Assembly: GCF_004010195.1 (NCBI RefSeq)
Contig: NC_057718.1
Span: forward strand, 51,778,373-51,842,372
DNA length: 64,000 nucleotides
Direction of reading: 5' to 3'
From: Chiloscyllium plagiosum
Lineage: Eukaryota
The position numbers and the translations under genes are program-made. Numbering within the stretch: position 1 is the stretch's first letter; each line of letters begins with the position of its first letter. This document shows positions 10,406 to 24,396 of this stretch, one piece after another. The notes under the pieces are model-generated. The model worked only from the letters and a program-made list of their open reading frames with translations. It made no database searches and was not told where the DNA came from.

Positions 10406-13400
10406 TAGATCATAATTTGATCTCGGTTGGATGCTCTTCAGAGGGTCAGTGTGGACTTAATGGGCCAAATAGCCTGCTTCCATGCTGCAGGGATTCTATG
10501 GTTAACTGGAGAGCCCCAGATGAAAAGTCCCTAAACCCCTGACTGATGTCCATACATCTCCTTAACCGTGTCAGCCGAACACCCCAGATTGGTCACTATG
10601 TAGCCACAGGACTGACCGTGACCCACTCCACAACAAGGACCCCTGACAGAGAACATCCCAAACACTCAGCAGATCATGGCCAATCCCCTGAAGAGATAAG
10701 AGAGGCTGCTATACAATATAGAACTCCTGAGTGACAGGCGTTTCCATGGACTTCATTGGAGCCTACTCTCCTAAGACTTTGACACATGGCTGCTTGCTCA
10801 CTGCACATGTAGTGTGTTTACTTGCAAGTTGCTGGCACATAGTGCAGGTATGAGAATAACTTAGCACACTACTGCACAGCAAGATGCACACTTCCTTGAC
10901 AGAGGATTACTGACCAGCAATGCCTGGTTGTCAGACTGCATTAATTGGTGCAGCATAATGAGGCGTGGAAGCTGTGAGCCATGCATGTAGGCAATAAGTG
11001 GCAGAATGTTTAGAGAGCAAAGCTCACTAGACTTCTCATACAATTCTGCCACAAATCATGCCATTGCCTACATTGTTCAGGCCACATGATTCCACATTTT
11101 GAAACACAAAGCCAATGTCGAAATTTCATGAAATACATGTTAAAGTACCAAATACTTCCATTCACCTTCTGCTAATATGTGACTTTGTTAATACATACAT
11201 TTATATGTAACTCAATCAAAATGGATTGAAATATTGCATCTCCATACTACTGGATCCATGATCTCTTGGCGAATGCAGTTAAATTTTTTCTGTAAATTTT
11301 GCAGGGACAGAAATGAGTGATTTATTAACTACATCTATCTAACTTAATGTTGTATTGCATGTTCCAGTTTCCAGGCTGTGGACCATAATTATGGAGATCG
11401 AACTCTCAATTGGTGCATGGAAACAATATTCTAACCACTGGGAATTTTAGTGCTGAAACAGTGAATGAAATATACTGAATCAGACAACAGATAATATGAA
11501 TCCAAATTAGTTGGCTAAAAAAAATCTAATGAAACAAGCAACTCAATAAAATCTCATTATAAGTTCAAAAAAATGCAGAAGAAACTCTTCAACAAAAAAA
11601 ATTGTTACAAATTATGTTTGTACAAGCATACAGTTCCAATTTTATCTGCGCAACACACCAAGCCAACATGAGCTGCATCGGTTTAATTCCTCATGGAACT
11701 GACATTTGCTTCAAAGGATGGTCTATGAGAAAAAAAATGAGTGATTGGATCAATAATCTTCAAAATCTATATTCAAAAATAAATGTTGAAGCAGATTACA
11801 ACCACTTGAGTTTAGATGATTTGAAACTTGCAGCTTGGTGTATTTGTTTAGAAACACAAATGTTCTTGATTAAAATACCCAATATGTAAATTATTTTATT
11901 TTTTGGAATAAGTCTTTTTCTCATGGCCTGTCCTAATGGAATACAAGATATGTTTTGTGGTGCGCCACCAACAAAGGTGTAATACTCTGGATTTCCTTAA
12001 GCTACTTTCGTAGAATTAGAGTTAAATTTCTGCTCAAAGAAGTGTCCTGGCCATGGGCTGGATGGGGCTGATCACTAATGGAGAATACTACAGCTATTGC
12101 AGTATCACTCAAAAAGATGGGTCTTGCAGAATCAGGCTTAGGATAGCTCTTGATTAAGGTATGTGCCTCTTCACTGATGTTCAATGCTTAATTAAGTTCC
12201 AAATACCAGAGGATTCAGGAGCTGTCCACTTATTATCCTGTGTGACGGAGATCTACTTTCTATTCTGAGTTATTCATCTATGGGGTAACCACCACATCAA
12301 ACCTGGGATGCAGGAAACATTCAGCCAACCGTGTACCCTGCAGTGAATCTAGTTGCACTGAGCTCAGAAATTTGCAGAAGAGCTTCCCAAATTTTTCACA
12401 AAGTGCAGAAATTACAGACTGTTGACCATAAATTTTCATTTGTTCTAATTAAAAATTTCAATATAGAATTACAAAATCATTGTGCTGAAGGAGGCATTTT
12501 GGACTCTTGAAGAAAGGTGAATTCTTACCTTATTTCTTTTCATGAAATTTTTAGAACTACAATGTTATTTTTCTGCTTGTTCCTCAAGGTAACCCTACCA
12601 AAAATTACATTTATTGTGCAAGCTTAAAAATTCAAAATAGTAAGTACAAAAGTACAGTAATTTGAGCTGGAGCATCAACATAGGTCTGCTCAACATTGTT
12701 TAATGTGGTATGCATGCCAATTTTGTCCTAGCGGATCTAAATAATAGTTATCTAGGCAGTCAGTTATCAATTTTAGAAACCTTATGTTCTGCTCCACACT
12801 CACTGTTGTACGAGGAAAAACTGCTTTATTCCTGTCCACTAAAGCCCCACAAACTTCAAATTCACAGCTTTCTCTCTGTCTGTCATTCACTCCGATTGTG
12901 ATTCATCCAAACTGTTTCCAAACTGTGTGCACTCTAAGAAATAGTTTTATTAAAATACTACAAAATTAGACATCAGCAATGCTTTTGATTAGGAGGTCAA
13001 TTATTGATGGGAGACAGGAATTGAAAGGTGTTGCGACAGATTCGATAACTTGCCACTTTTAAGTGAGGATAATGCAATATTTAGAAAAACTTTGGATGAT
13101 GGAAGTCTTACTGGATGTTAGATACAATTCCTCTGCAGAGTGGAGGAGTTCTTCATGTCCACCAAATCGACATGTACAAGCACTGAAACAAATTTGTAAT
13201 GATCTTACTAGGTCAAGTAATTTATGATAAGTCACTGGGGGTATTTATTAATTTGCTTTGTAATACATGTTAGCCAGTGACAATTATCTGACACTCTTAA
13301 GTGGAGGCACATCACCTCGTTGTATCAGTATTTGCCTTGACATGGGAAATTATTTAAGTATCATGAACTAAATCTGTAGGAATCAGCCATCATTATCAGG

Positions 13401-13768
13401 ACCGCAATAACACTTGTGTTAGTTTAACATAATAATATTAAAATATCATTTGCAACAGAAGTAACACAAATCACCCTCAAACCTCCCCTGCAATTCAATA
13501 GGACCATGTATGATAACTGATCTTCACACCATTTTCCTGCCCAATAACTAGTTCCTTCGATTTCCCTGAAGTGTAGAAATCTATCAATCTCGATCTCAAC
13601 AGTTAAGCGAGCACAACCCCTGAGAGTATTCTAAATACAAATTCTAAACAATCCACTAAGTGAAGAAATTTCTCTTTATTAAGGTCCCAAGTTGCCACTC
13701 CCCTTACTGAATGAATGCCCCAAGTTCTTGCCTCACCAACCACGGCAACAACTCACAGCCTCTACCGA

Positions 13769-14103
13769 GGGTGGCACAGTGGCTCAGTGGTTAGCACTGC
13801 TGCCTCACAGCATCAGGGACCTGGGTTTGATTCCAGCCTCGGGTGACTGTCTGTTTGAAGTTTGCACGTTCTTCCCGTGTCTGTGCAGGTTTCCTCCGGA
13901 TGGTCTGGTTTCCTCCCGCTGTCCAAAAATGTGCAGGTTAGGTGAACCGGCCCATAGTGTTCACGGATGTGTAGGTTAGGTGCATTAGTCAGGGATAAAT
14001 TTAGAGTAATAGAATAGGGGAATGGGTCTGGGTGGGTGACTCTTTGGAGGGTTCAGTGTGGAATGTTGGGCCAAAGGGCCTGTTTCCACACTGTAGGGAC
14101 TCT
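13769..14103 (+). mobile_element. HE1-type V-SINE, near full length
   Basis: gggtggcacagtggctcagtggttagcactgctgcctcacagc head with A/B boxes, central tttgcacgttcttcccgtgtctg core, and a CR1-derived tail (gggcctgtttccacactgtagggactct). Confidence 0.9.
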
Positions 14104-15161
14104 TGTCAAGATTGTTTTTCAATAGGAGCAGCTTTTGTCCTTTTAAACTCCAGTGTTTGCAGCCCCATTCTACTCAATCTCTCCTCGTAGAACATCTCAC
14201 TTGACTTCACAATAAGTCTAGAGTTGTACCCCAGTAAGAAAAATTGGTCCTTTCTGAAGGGACAACAGACAGCTCCCAGGGGAGTGAGTAATTACATGCA
14301 TTAAGTGGCAAGAATATAGAAAGATTGTGCTTTAAGAGTGTGGAATGTTTTTGTCATTCATATAACTAGTGATGCCATGTAATCCAGGGCCATCAGGGTA
14401 CAATGAATAGCCCCGTGCCTCCAGGAATATTACCATGCTATACTACAGCTAAGAATTCTTAAGCTGTTATTCCTGTCCATGGGGAAGGAGGTGAACATTA
14501 ATGCTTGAATAAACAATGCATCTGTGCCTTGTTTCATACATTCATGCATTACTGATTCAAAGTCTCCCTGGTGGCAACTTGAAAGGACTCTGCTGTTTAA
14601 ATTTGAACACAGTTGAGAATTCGCAGCTCCGGGCAGTGCAATACCTATGGTCGTGTTTGGCAATCGATCAGCCTGCAGCGCATATGTCAGCTTCCCTGCT
14701 GTTTCAAAGGTCTCAATATTTACATGGTACTCTGGGAGAAATCCAGTCGTGGAAGAGAAAGACACAAGTCCAGGGACTTTTACAGGCCCTGCTGAATTTA
14801 AACTCATTAACATTAGTTCATTCAATTTCTCACCCAGCGGGCATCCTGACTAATAAAGTGGTCAGCTGTTAAACTAGAATGTCAGGAATAAAAGACCAAC
14901 ATTAGGAAATTTTGGGGTCCCCCAAACATTGGAAATGTATGGGGGAAGCAGGAGACAGCAGCATCATGACAATCAAGATGATCATCATCAAAGATTAAGG
15001 TTGGGATGGATGGAACTAGACTACCTGTTTGGAAAAGCCACAATATATGGTGTTTGTTTGAGGGTTAGAGAGAGAGCTTCTGCATCTACCAGTTTATGGA
15101 TAGTCCTGTAAATACTTTGAACTGCTTCAGAAAGCTTGCTCCCATCTACATTTTTGCCTTG

Positions 15162-15590
15162 TCATAGATTCATATAGCATAGAGTAGAGTTTTTGGTCCA
15201 ACTCATCCGCACCAACCAGGTATCCCAATCTGACCTTGTCCCATTTGCCAGCATTTGGCCCATATCCCTCCAAACCCTTCCTATTCATATACCTATCCTA
15301 AATATTATAATTGTACCCTAGTCCAGGGAAAGAAAACAGCAGTCTATTCAGCCTCTTCCTATAACTCAAACTCTCCAGTCCCAGCAGCATCCTTGTAAAT
15401 CCTTTCTGCTGCCTCTCAAGTTTAACAAAATCCTTTCCAAAAGAAGAGCGACCAGACTTGTACACAGTATTCTAAAAGTGGCCTCACCAATGTTGAATAC
15501 AGCTGCAACATGAAGGCCCAACTCCTACATTCAATTTTCTGACCAGTGAAGGCAAGTGTGCCAAGTGCCTTTTTAACTGACCTGTCTTAT
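15162..15590 (-). mobile_element. CR1 3' fragments with internal deletions
   Basis: ccatatccctccaaacccttcctattcatat and accagacttgtacacagtattctaaaagtggcctcacc match the reverse complement of CR1 ORF2. Confidence 0.8.
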
Positions 15591-16534
15591 CTGTTATTTC
15601 AGAGATCCCAAAACTGCACAGAACATACTCCCAAATGGCCATACAAAGCAGTGGGAAACCTCCTGCACTAATCCAGAACCAACTCATGAGGCATCAGGAT
15701 ACTGATTCCTGACAAAACCTGTTGTTGAGCACAAAGGATTCCATCCCACAAGACTGTCCAAACACCATGAGCTCTGCAGCACCTCCACGTCCATCACCAG
15801 CTTCTTTACTGCCACTGTCTCTCAATGGCCTTCTCAAACCACCCCTTCCACCCACCTGCAACTTCCCCAACCACTTTACCATACATTCACGCCTCCACCC
15901 TTACAGATCCCCCCCATGCCCGACAGCTCACACTGACAATATACCTCGCTATCTTGGGTACCACTGTCCTGATCCCTCTCTATACCCTACGCTCCTTTAC
16001 ATTCCTCCCCAGAAACATATCCAACAGAGGCCCCGCCACCCCTAAATCCTGCCCCAGCTCTGGCTGTCACCTCCACCCCCAGTCTCTCTCCTTCTCCAAA
16101 GTCCCTGGTCCCTAAGGGGACTGCACAATCTCACCAAGGCTGGCCCAGGCATGGCTCGCACTCAGCAGTAGGCTGCAGCAGAGCAGCAGGGTGAGGCAAG
16201 TGAGTATCCCACCAGTCATGACCCTCACACTCAGGAGTTGGCACCTCTTGCACTTCCCCATACCAAATCCTACTGCCCAGCCTCGCAGAGCCTGGAGAGG
16301 TCTGGCAGGTCAGCCGGGGATGTATTTAAATTAGGCTTCCAATTTAATTGCACCAGCCCTATTTAAGCATTTTCAGTGAATGATCCAATTCTCTATGTTT
16401 GAATACTTGCCCAACCCCCCAGAATCGTAAAAATGGCATTAGATGCAATCATTGCCAGTACAATCAGTTCTTCTATAACGCGATGGTTTTGTTCATGTGT
16501 GACCGTGTTATAGAAAAATTGCGCTGAAGAAACA

Positions 16535-18271
16535 GTGCTGAAGTTATTTGTATCATCGATAGTCACAGGTGAGGTGCCGGAAGACTGGAGGTTGGCTAAC
16601 GTGGTGCCACTGTTTAAGAAGTGCTTTAAAAACAAGGCAGGGAACTATAGACCAGTGAGCCTGACATCGATGGTGGGCAAGTTATTGGAGGGAATCCTGA
16701 GGGACAGGATGTACCTGCATTTGGAAAGGCAAGGACTGATTAGGGATAGCTAACATGGCTCTGTGCATGGGAAATCATATTCTAGATTAGAGTGGTACTG
16801 GAAAAACACAGCAGTTCAGGCAGCGTCCGAGGAGCAGGAAAATTGACATTTCGGGCAAAATCGGGAATATTCCTGATGATGGGCTTTTGCCTGAAATGTC
16901 GATTTTCCTGCTCCTTGGATGCTGCCTGAACTGCTGTGCTTTTCTAGCACCACTCTAATCTAGAATCTGGTTTCTAACATCTGCAGTCATTGTTTTTACT
17001 GCATGGAAAATTATGTCTCACAAACTTGGTTGAGTTTTTTGAAGAAGTAACAAAGAGGATTGATGAGGGCAGAGCGGTAGATGTGATCTATGTGGACTTC
17101 AGTAAGGCATTCGACAAGGTTCCACATGGGAGACTGGTTAGCAAAGTTAGATCTCACGGAATACAGGGAGAACTAGCCATTTGGATACAGAGCTGGCTCA
17201 AAGGTAGAAGACAGAGGATGGTGGTGGAGGGTTATTTTTCAGACTGGAGGCCGGTGACCAGTGGAGTGCCACAAGGGTCGGCGCTGGGTCCTCTACTTTT
17301 TGTCATTTACATAAATGATTTGGATGCGAGCATAAGAGGTACAGTTAGTAAGTTTGCAGATGACACTAAAATTGGAGGTGTAGTAGACAGCGAAGAGGGT
17401 TACCTCAGATTACAACTGGATCTTGACCAGATGGGCCAATGGGCTGAGAAGAGGCAGATGGATTTTAATTGAGATAAATGCGAGGTGCTGCATTTTGGGA
17501 AAGTAAATCTTAGCAGGACTTATACACTTAATGGTAAGGTCGTAGGGAGTGTTGCTGAACAAAGAGATCTTGGAGTGCAGGTTCATAGCTCCTTGAAAGT
17601 GGAGTCACAGGTAGATAGGATAGTGAAGAAGGAGTTTGGTATGCTTTCTTTTATTGGTCAGAGTATTAAGTACAGAGGTTGGCAAGGTCATGTTGCGGCT
17701 GTACAGGACATTGGGTTAGGCCACTGTTGGAATATTGTGTGCAATTCTGGTCTCTTTCCTATCGGAAAGATGTTGTGAAACTTGAAAAGGTTCAGAAAAA
17801 GTTTACAAGAATGTTGCCACGGTTGGAGGATTTGAGCTATAGAGAGAGGCTGAACAGGCTAGGGCCGTTTTCCCTGGAGTGTCGGAGGTTGAGGGGTGAC
17901 CTTATAGAGGTTTACAAAATTATGAGGGGCATTGATAGGATAAATAGACAAAATCTTTTCCCTGGGGTTGGGGAGTCCAGAACTAGAGGGTATAAGTCTA
18001 GGGTGAGAGGGGAAAGATATAAAAGATTCCTAAGGGGCAACTTTTTCACACAGAGGGTGGTACCTGTATGGAATGAGCTGCCAGAGGAAGTGATGGAGGC
18101 TAGTACAATTGGAACATTTAAAAGGCGTTTGGATGGGTATATGAATAGGAAAGGTTTGGAGGGATATGGGCCAGGTGCTGGCAGGTGGGACTAGATTGAG
18201 TTGGGATAACTGGTCGGCATGGACCGAAAGGTTGTTTCCATGCTGTACATTTCTATGACTCTATGACTCTA
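16535..18271 (+). mobile_element. 5'-truncated CR1 (HER1-type) LINE: RT domain and 3' tail, interrupted by a PLE insertion
   Basis: [55 protein letters not shown]. Ends in (ctatgact)n. Contains stops and frameshifts. Confidence 0.97.
16779..16999. mobile_element. Inverted pair of PLE terminal repeats with hammerhead (16869-16904) and a 15-bp TSD
   Basis: TSD tgcatgggaaatcat (16764-16778) and tgcatggaaaattat (17000-17014). 16779-16860 is the reverse complement of about 16885-16966. Motif attc-CTGATGA-t-gggc-tttt-gcct-GAAA-TGTC^gatt. Confidence 0.9.
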
Positions 18272-18524
18272 AGTATTGACAATGTAATTGCAGTACAACC
18301 AACAAGTCTTAAATCTTTGTCAATCATGTTACAACAAATTCGCTTTGATGAAACACACATTCTAACAGAACAGTTTGAACATGTGGTACATCACATTTCA
18401 TGACTTAAAATTTCTAAATAATCTGTTCCAAAACTACCAGGTGATTCAAACATTTTATAGCTGCAAGTCAGTGGACCTTGCCAGAGGAAGACAAACATGC
18501 ACCAAGGGCCTGGCTGGTCAAACT

Positions 18525-18730
18525 AGGATCATCTGAGCATTGGACTTGACCATTGAACTCAGGTGTGTGTGCGTGCGCACAATAGTCGGTGATGCCAACA
18601 GCAAGGGTTCAATTCTCGCAATTGGCCGAAGTTACCATGTAGGACTTTCCTTCTCAAACTCTCCCCTTGCCTGAGAGAGCAACCCTTGTGCTCCTCTTAG
18701 ACTATGACAAGTTTACTTTTACTTTTTTAT
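18525..18730 (+). mobile_element. Old tRNA-derived SINE, same family as the minus-strand copy at about 59855-60075
   Basis: Shared gggttcaattctc...gttaccatg.aggact.tccttct.....ct.ccct.gc.tgag between the two copies. Confidence 0.55.
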
Positions 18731-19009
18731 GTCAACTGTTACATCTGGTTTCACGTGGACATAGTCTAATTACTTATAATACATAATAATTCACATTTTG
18801 TGCTGAAACCTGGTCTATGGTCTCTATCAACCTTGGTCTAATAGTCAGTAAATTTGGGTGTCAAACATACCTTAAAAAATCATTAACATTTGGTATCAGT
18901 CTGGGAATATCAGATTTTGATTTATGATATGCTAGCCCCAGTGGGTCCTAACATCATCTCTGCCTGAAAAGGCAATCCCTAATTTTTAAAAAGTGTCCTC
19001 TAGTTCTGA

Positions 19010-19898
19010 CTGACCCACATCCTCCGCCATTTCTGCCACCTACAATCAGACCCCACCACCAGAGACATATTTCCCTCCCCACCTCTATCTGCAATCCGCA
19101 GAGACCATTTCCTCCATGACCCCTCATTAGGTCCACATCCCCCCACTAGCCACCCTCCACTTACCACCGCAAGAGTTGTAAAACCTATACCCACACCTCC
19201 CCCTCCCCCCCCATGCAAGATCCCAATGGATCCTTCACATCTGGGAAAGATTTTCCTGCATATCCAAACACCTCATCTACTGTGTCCGCTGCTCCAGAGG
19301 TGGTCTCCTCTACATCAGGGAGACAACTCACGGTATGTTTCAGGGAACATCACTGGAACACACGCACCAATCAACTCTATCACCCTGTGGCCACTTCAAC
19401 TCCCCCTCCCATTCCCCCAAGGACATGCAAGCGCTGGATCTCCTCGACCACCAAATCCAAGCCGCCCAACAACTGGAGGAAGAACACCTCCTTTTCCACC
19501 TTGGGACCCTCCAACCACATGGCATCAGCATCGATTGCACCAGTTTCCTCATCTCCCCATCTCCCACCCCATCATAGATCCAACTCTCCAATTTGGCATT
19601 GCCCTCTTGAACTGTACCTGTCCAGCCTCTTTCCCACCTATCCACTCCACCCTCCCCTCCGACCTGTCACCATCACTCCCCACCTGCCTCTACCTATCAC
19701 TTTTCCAGCTACCTTCCCCCCACCCCCACCCTCCTATTTATCCCTCAGTCCCCTTCTATCCCCCTTCATTCCTGATGAAGGGCTCATGCTTGAAACATCG
19801 ATTCTCCTGCTCCTCGGATGCTGTCTGACCTGCTATGCTTCTCCACTACCACAGTTTTTGACTATGATCTCCAGCATCAGCAGTCCTCACTTTCTCTC
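19010..19898 (+). mobile_element. Penelope-like element 3' part (linker, GIY-YIG, terminal repeat with hammerhead 19768-19803), inserted in an old minus-strand CR1
   Basis: Frameshifted FREH, HFNSPSHSPKDM and LEEEHLLFHLGTLQPHGISIDC segments. Motif attcCTGATGAagggctcatgcttGAAAcatcgatt. Confidence 0.88.
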
Positions 19899-20456
19899 AC
19901 ATCCTCCTTGTACAATCTAGTATTTCTATCAAGTCTCAATCCTCTGTACTCCAGTGGAAATAAACCCAGTGTGTCCAACCCATCCTTATTAGACAACCTA
20001 CTCATTCTGTATATCAATCTAGTAAACTATATTCTTCTCGTACTAAAAATAGTGTTAAGCTAGTTTTCTTTATACCTTGCTGTATCTGCATATAAATTTT
20101 TCATGAAGCATGCAATAGAACTTTTAGATCCTCCAACTGCTTAAAATACAGTCGTCATTCCCATTGGAAATTTTTATTCTATCTGCCAAACTTCACATTT
20201 TTCTACATTAATTTCTACTTGCCAGATTTTTGCCTACTCACTAAACATTTGCAACTTATGTTTTCTTCATAAAATATTTCCATACCTATTTGATGTTATC
20301 TGTGAAGTTAACTCCCTTGCCTTCTGAGTCATTGACAAGAATTGAAAAAAGCTGAGCCCCCAGCACAGTCTCATGCAACATTCCATTCTTCATATCCTGC
20401 CAATCTGAAAAACACCCATTTCTGCATATTCTCTGTTTTCTGCCAGCTAGCCAATT

Positions 20457-20788
20457 TTAGATTGGATTACCAACAGTGTGGAAACAGGCCATTTGGCCCA
20501 ACACGTCCAGGCCTACCCTCCAAAGAGTACCGCACCCAGACCTATTCCCTCACCCTATGTTTACCCCTGACTAATGTACCTTACACTATGGGCAATTTAG
20601 TACGGCCAACTCACCGAACCTGCACATCTTTGGACTGTGGGAGGAAACCGGAATACCCAGAGAAAAACCACGCAGGCACGGGAAGAATGTGCAAATGCTA
20701 TACAGACAGTTGCCCAAGGCGGGAATCGAAACCAGATCCCTGGCATCTTGAGGCAACAGTGTTAATCACTGAGCTATTGTGCCACCCC
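20457..20788 (-). mobile_element. HE1-type V-SINE, full length
   Basis: Reverse complement of the 13769-14103 family from tail (ttagattggattac) to head (tgtgccaccc). Confidence 0.9.
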
Positions 20789-21654
20789 ACGTTTTGTAAC
20801 CAGGTCCACAAATTACCCCCACACCATTAGTTTTTATTTAACACAATAATCTTTGATATCTTACCTTATCAAATGCCTTCTGGGGAAAATGTAGATTGCA
20901 GCTGGTCTCATCCATGGGTCATGGATAGTTAGATAAATATGCTTTTGCTTTGACATAACCATGCTGAATGTTCTCGAATACCACTAGATTTTTTAAGTAC
21001 ATAGCTATAAACTCTCTAATGATTAATTCTAACACCTTCTCCAGGACAGACAAGAAGCTGACTGGCCTGTAGTTTCTTGTTTACTGCTCCTATCCCTTCT
21101 TGAATAGAGGGGTCATATTTGCTACTTTTCAGTCTAAAGAAACCTTTCCTGAATCAAGGGAATTTAGGAAGATTAGCACCAACACATCTTCTACCTCATT
21201 AACAACCTCTGTTAAAACCTTAGGATAAAATCCATTTGGACACAGAGACTTGTGAGCCCACAGCTCCATCAGTTAGCTAAATACCATTTTGTGTGTGATT
21301 ATAATTTCAATAATTTCCTCTCTCACTTGCATCTCCTGATCTCCAACAATTACTGTCATTTTAAAAAATATTTTATTTGGAAGACAGGAGGAAAATACCT
21401 GTTAATTTCATCATCATTTCACTATTATCTATATGAATCCATATTCTCACTCTCCAGAGCAGCAACAATTATTTTTCTTTTTTAAACAACTGGATAAAGT
21501 CTTGCTATCCTTTTTTTTCCCATTTCTAGCCAGCTTACTCTCATATTCTAAATACTTCTTCCTGATTAATCCTCTCATCAGCCTCTGCAATTCTGACCAA
21601 TCATTGACACTGCTGGTCATCTCTGCATAGTTTGCCTTAACGTAGAGTGTTATC

Positions 21655-22370
21655 GAGTCATAGAGATGTACAGCACAGAAACAGACCCTTAAGTCCAACT
21701 TATCCATACTGACCAGATATCCTAGATTAATCTAATCCCATTTGCCAGCATTTTGCCCATATCCTTCTCAACTCTCCCTTTTCATATACCTAGCCAGATG
21801 TCTTTTAAATGTTGTAATTGTACCAGCCTCCATCACTTCCTCTGGCAGTTTATTGCATGCATGCACCACCATTTTATGAACTTCTGTAAGGTCACTTCTC
21901 AGCCTCCGACTTGCTCTGGAAAATAGCCCCAGCCAATCAGCTTCTCCCTATAATTCAAACTCTCCAAACCTGGCAACATTCTTGTAAATATTTTTTGAAC
22001 CCTTTCAAGTTTAACAACATCTTTCCTATAGCAAGGAGACCAGAATTGAATGCAGTATTCCAAAGGTGGCCTGACCAATGTCCTGTGCTACTGCAACTCA
22101 TAAACTCAATGAAGTGATCTATAAAGGCAAGATACCAAACACCTTCTTCACTACCCTGTCTAACAGTGACTCCATTTTAAAGGAACTATGAACCTGCACC
22201 CCAAGGTTCCTAGTATCTTATCATAAAGTATATAACTCCTGCCCTAATTTGCCTTTCCAAAATGTCACACCTCACATTTATCTAGATTAAACGCCATCTG
22301 CCACTCCTCGGCCCACCGACTGATCCGGATAAGGTCCTGTTGTATCCTTAGATAACCTACTTCACTGTCC
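21655..22370 (-). mobile_element. CR1 (HER1-type) 3' portion
   Basis: Begins gagtcatagagatgtacagcacagaaacagaccc (reverse complement of the CR1 tail) and continues into RT C-terminal sequence. Confidence 0.85.
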
Positions 22371-24257
22371 TTTAACTTCTTTGATTAACCATGGCTGATG
22401 GGTCATCACTTCAGAATTTTTTAGTTTAGTAGGAATATTCTCTTCTGACTACTATGAAATATTCCTTCAATGACTGCCGCTGTGTCTCTTTTGATCTATC
22501 TCCCAGCCTCGTATGCCACTTCACTTCAGCGAGCTCAGCTTTTGGGCTGTTATTTATCTTTAAGATACTGCTTTCAGCCCCAATCCTCTCCCTTTCCAAC
22601 TGGATGCAAAAGTAAACTTTACTATGGTCACTGTTACTCAGGCATGCCTTAACTCAGAGGTCATTAATTAATCTTGTAACATTAAACAATACCATGTCAA
22701 ACATAATTTATTCTCACATCAGGACCAAGTATGCTTACGGTCCTCTACTTGCCTGCTGCTTTGTTGAGACAGTCTGCTGGAACCTCAACTCAATGACAGC
22801 TGTTCTGTTAACACTAAAACCTGGATCAAAATGCGCAACCTAATTATATTTATAATTGTTTTCACAGATCACTCCCATTATTAGAATACATGTACTAACT
22901 AAGACTTTTTCTTCTGTCTGGAGTAGTTTCTTTGATCTCTTAAAATTAGAAATGAATAGCCACTTCATATTTCAATTTGAGACTCAATTGCCCCAAAGCA
23001 TCTTGTGTAGTGCAGCTAGAATACCTTATTGTTTCCCATTCACAAATACTCATCAAAAAGAGTCCAAGTTAACTGACAATATTGTGCCTGCAGGTAGGGA
23101 TGATAGTTCTCTTACAGACCATGTATGCAACATTTGAAAACATTGTGCAAAAGAAAAACTGATACGGGCTCTACTTATATGAATAAAAGAGTACAAAGGT
23201 TACCACTTTATGCTTTTACAGAAGAATCTGAAAACTAAAAGTTTTTAAAATTAATTGTACACTGTAGACATGTACTTGACTTTAAATGATGTCAGCTCTC
23301 CTCAAAATTGTCAACCTTTATGAAGAAACATTACTCAATAATCAGTACTATGCAGAAGTGTCAAAGGATTCCTTAAAGCACAAAATGCTGAGATGTATGC
23401 TGTTACGTGCTGGAACTAATGATGGCCTGAGGGAATCGACAAAATAGCCCATCAGCTGGCATTGTTCTTAATTAAACAGGCAGTATCTCTTGCTAATACG
23501 CATCCACCTGATAATGTAAAACTACAAAAATATACATTTATATCCTCAACATCAAACAATGAAACAAAAAGCATATTATTGTTTACACTGAAGAGCTCAA
23601 AGAAGAGGGATGTGCTGGAAGTGCTTAGCATTATGTGTAGGTGCATATTCTGCTTGGAAATAATAAGTCAGCATTTTAAGTGACAGAGACTAGATTCAAA
23701 TTAACTCCCCAGATAAGCTCTGGGTAATGATAATGCCATCAGTGCCTTCTTATGAGTATAGCCCTCTTAAATGACTTAGCAAGCTACACCGTTATATTAA
23801 ACTGCTGCAAATTTTCAAACAAATGATACTGGGTAGAACACCTGCCATCTGTCGATGTATCAAAAATGACAACAGCAAACTCAGTCCTGTTAACCTTAAA
23901 GGTCCTCCTGGCTAACATCTGAATGCTTGTGCCAAAACTGGGGGAGTTCTCCCATAGACTAGTCAAGAATAACCTGACATTGTCATACTTATAGAATCAA
24001 ACCGGAGACAATGTCCCAGGCACCACGGCTACCATCCAAGGTATGTCACGTCCACAATCAGAATAGACATGCCAGTGGAGGCAGCATTGCGCATAAATCG
24101 GGAGAGAATTGCTCCATTTTGAATATGAAACCTGTGTGATCTCAAGGCACCATTTCCAACATGGGCAGAGAAACCTGTGGCTAATTTCAACTAATAGCAC
24201 CACCTTGAGAACTCCTTGCCCCTGCCTCAGTTAATGAGTCAGTAGTACTCCACATTG

Positions 24258-24396
24258 TGGAGATGTCGGTGTTGGATTGAGGTGGACAAAGTCAGGAATC
24301 CACTTCATATAATGAAGGAGCAGCACTCCGAAAGCGTGTGATTTCAAAAAGACCTGATGGACTATAAACTGGTGTTGTGTGACTTCTGAATGTGTC
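24258..24396. mobile_element. Short inverted PLE terminal-repeat insertion of another family, degenerate hammerhead, 12-bp TSD
   Basis: TSD tactccacattg (24246-24257) and tactccatgttg (24397-24408). Motif ataATGA-a-ggag-cagca-ctcc-GAAA-gc at about 24308-24335. Confidence 0.65.

Larger units (their letters stand above)
19899..22720 (-). mobile_element. Old degraded CR1 ORF2 carrying nested younger insertions
   Basis: aagctgactggcctgtagtttcttg (reverse complement of GNYRPVSL) at about 21055 and accttatcaaatgcctt (KAFDK) at about 20863. Confidence 0.7.

Noticed and set aside
13769..13850. tRNA-like sequences here and at 25335, 36056 and 50733
   Set aside because: These are SINE heads that run directly into SINE body sequence, with no complete cloverleaf.
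14430..14872. Overlapping 131-aa and 118-aa ORFs in non-repetitive sequence
   Set aside because: No recognisable domain or neurexin similarity, and the lengths are compatible with chance.
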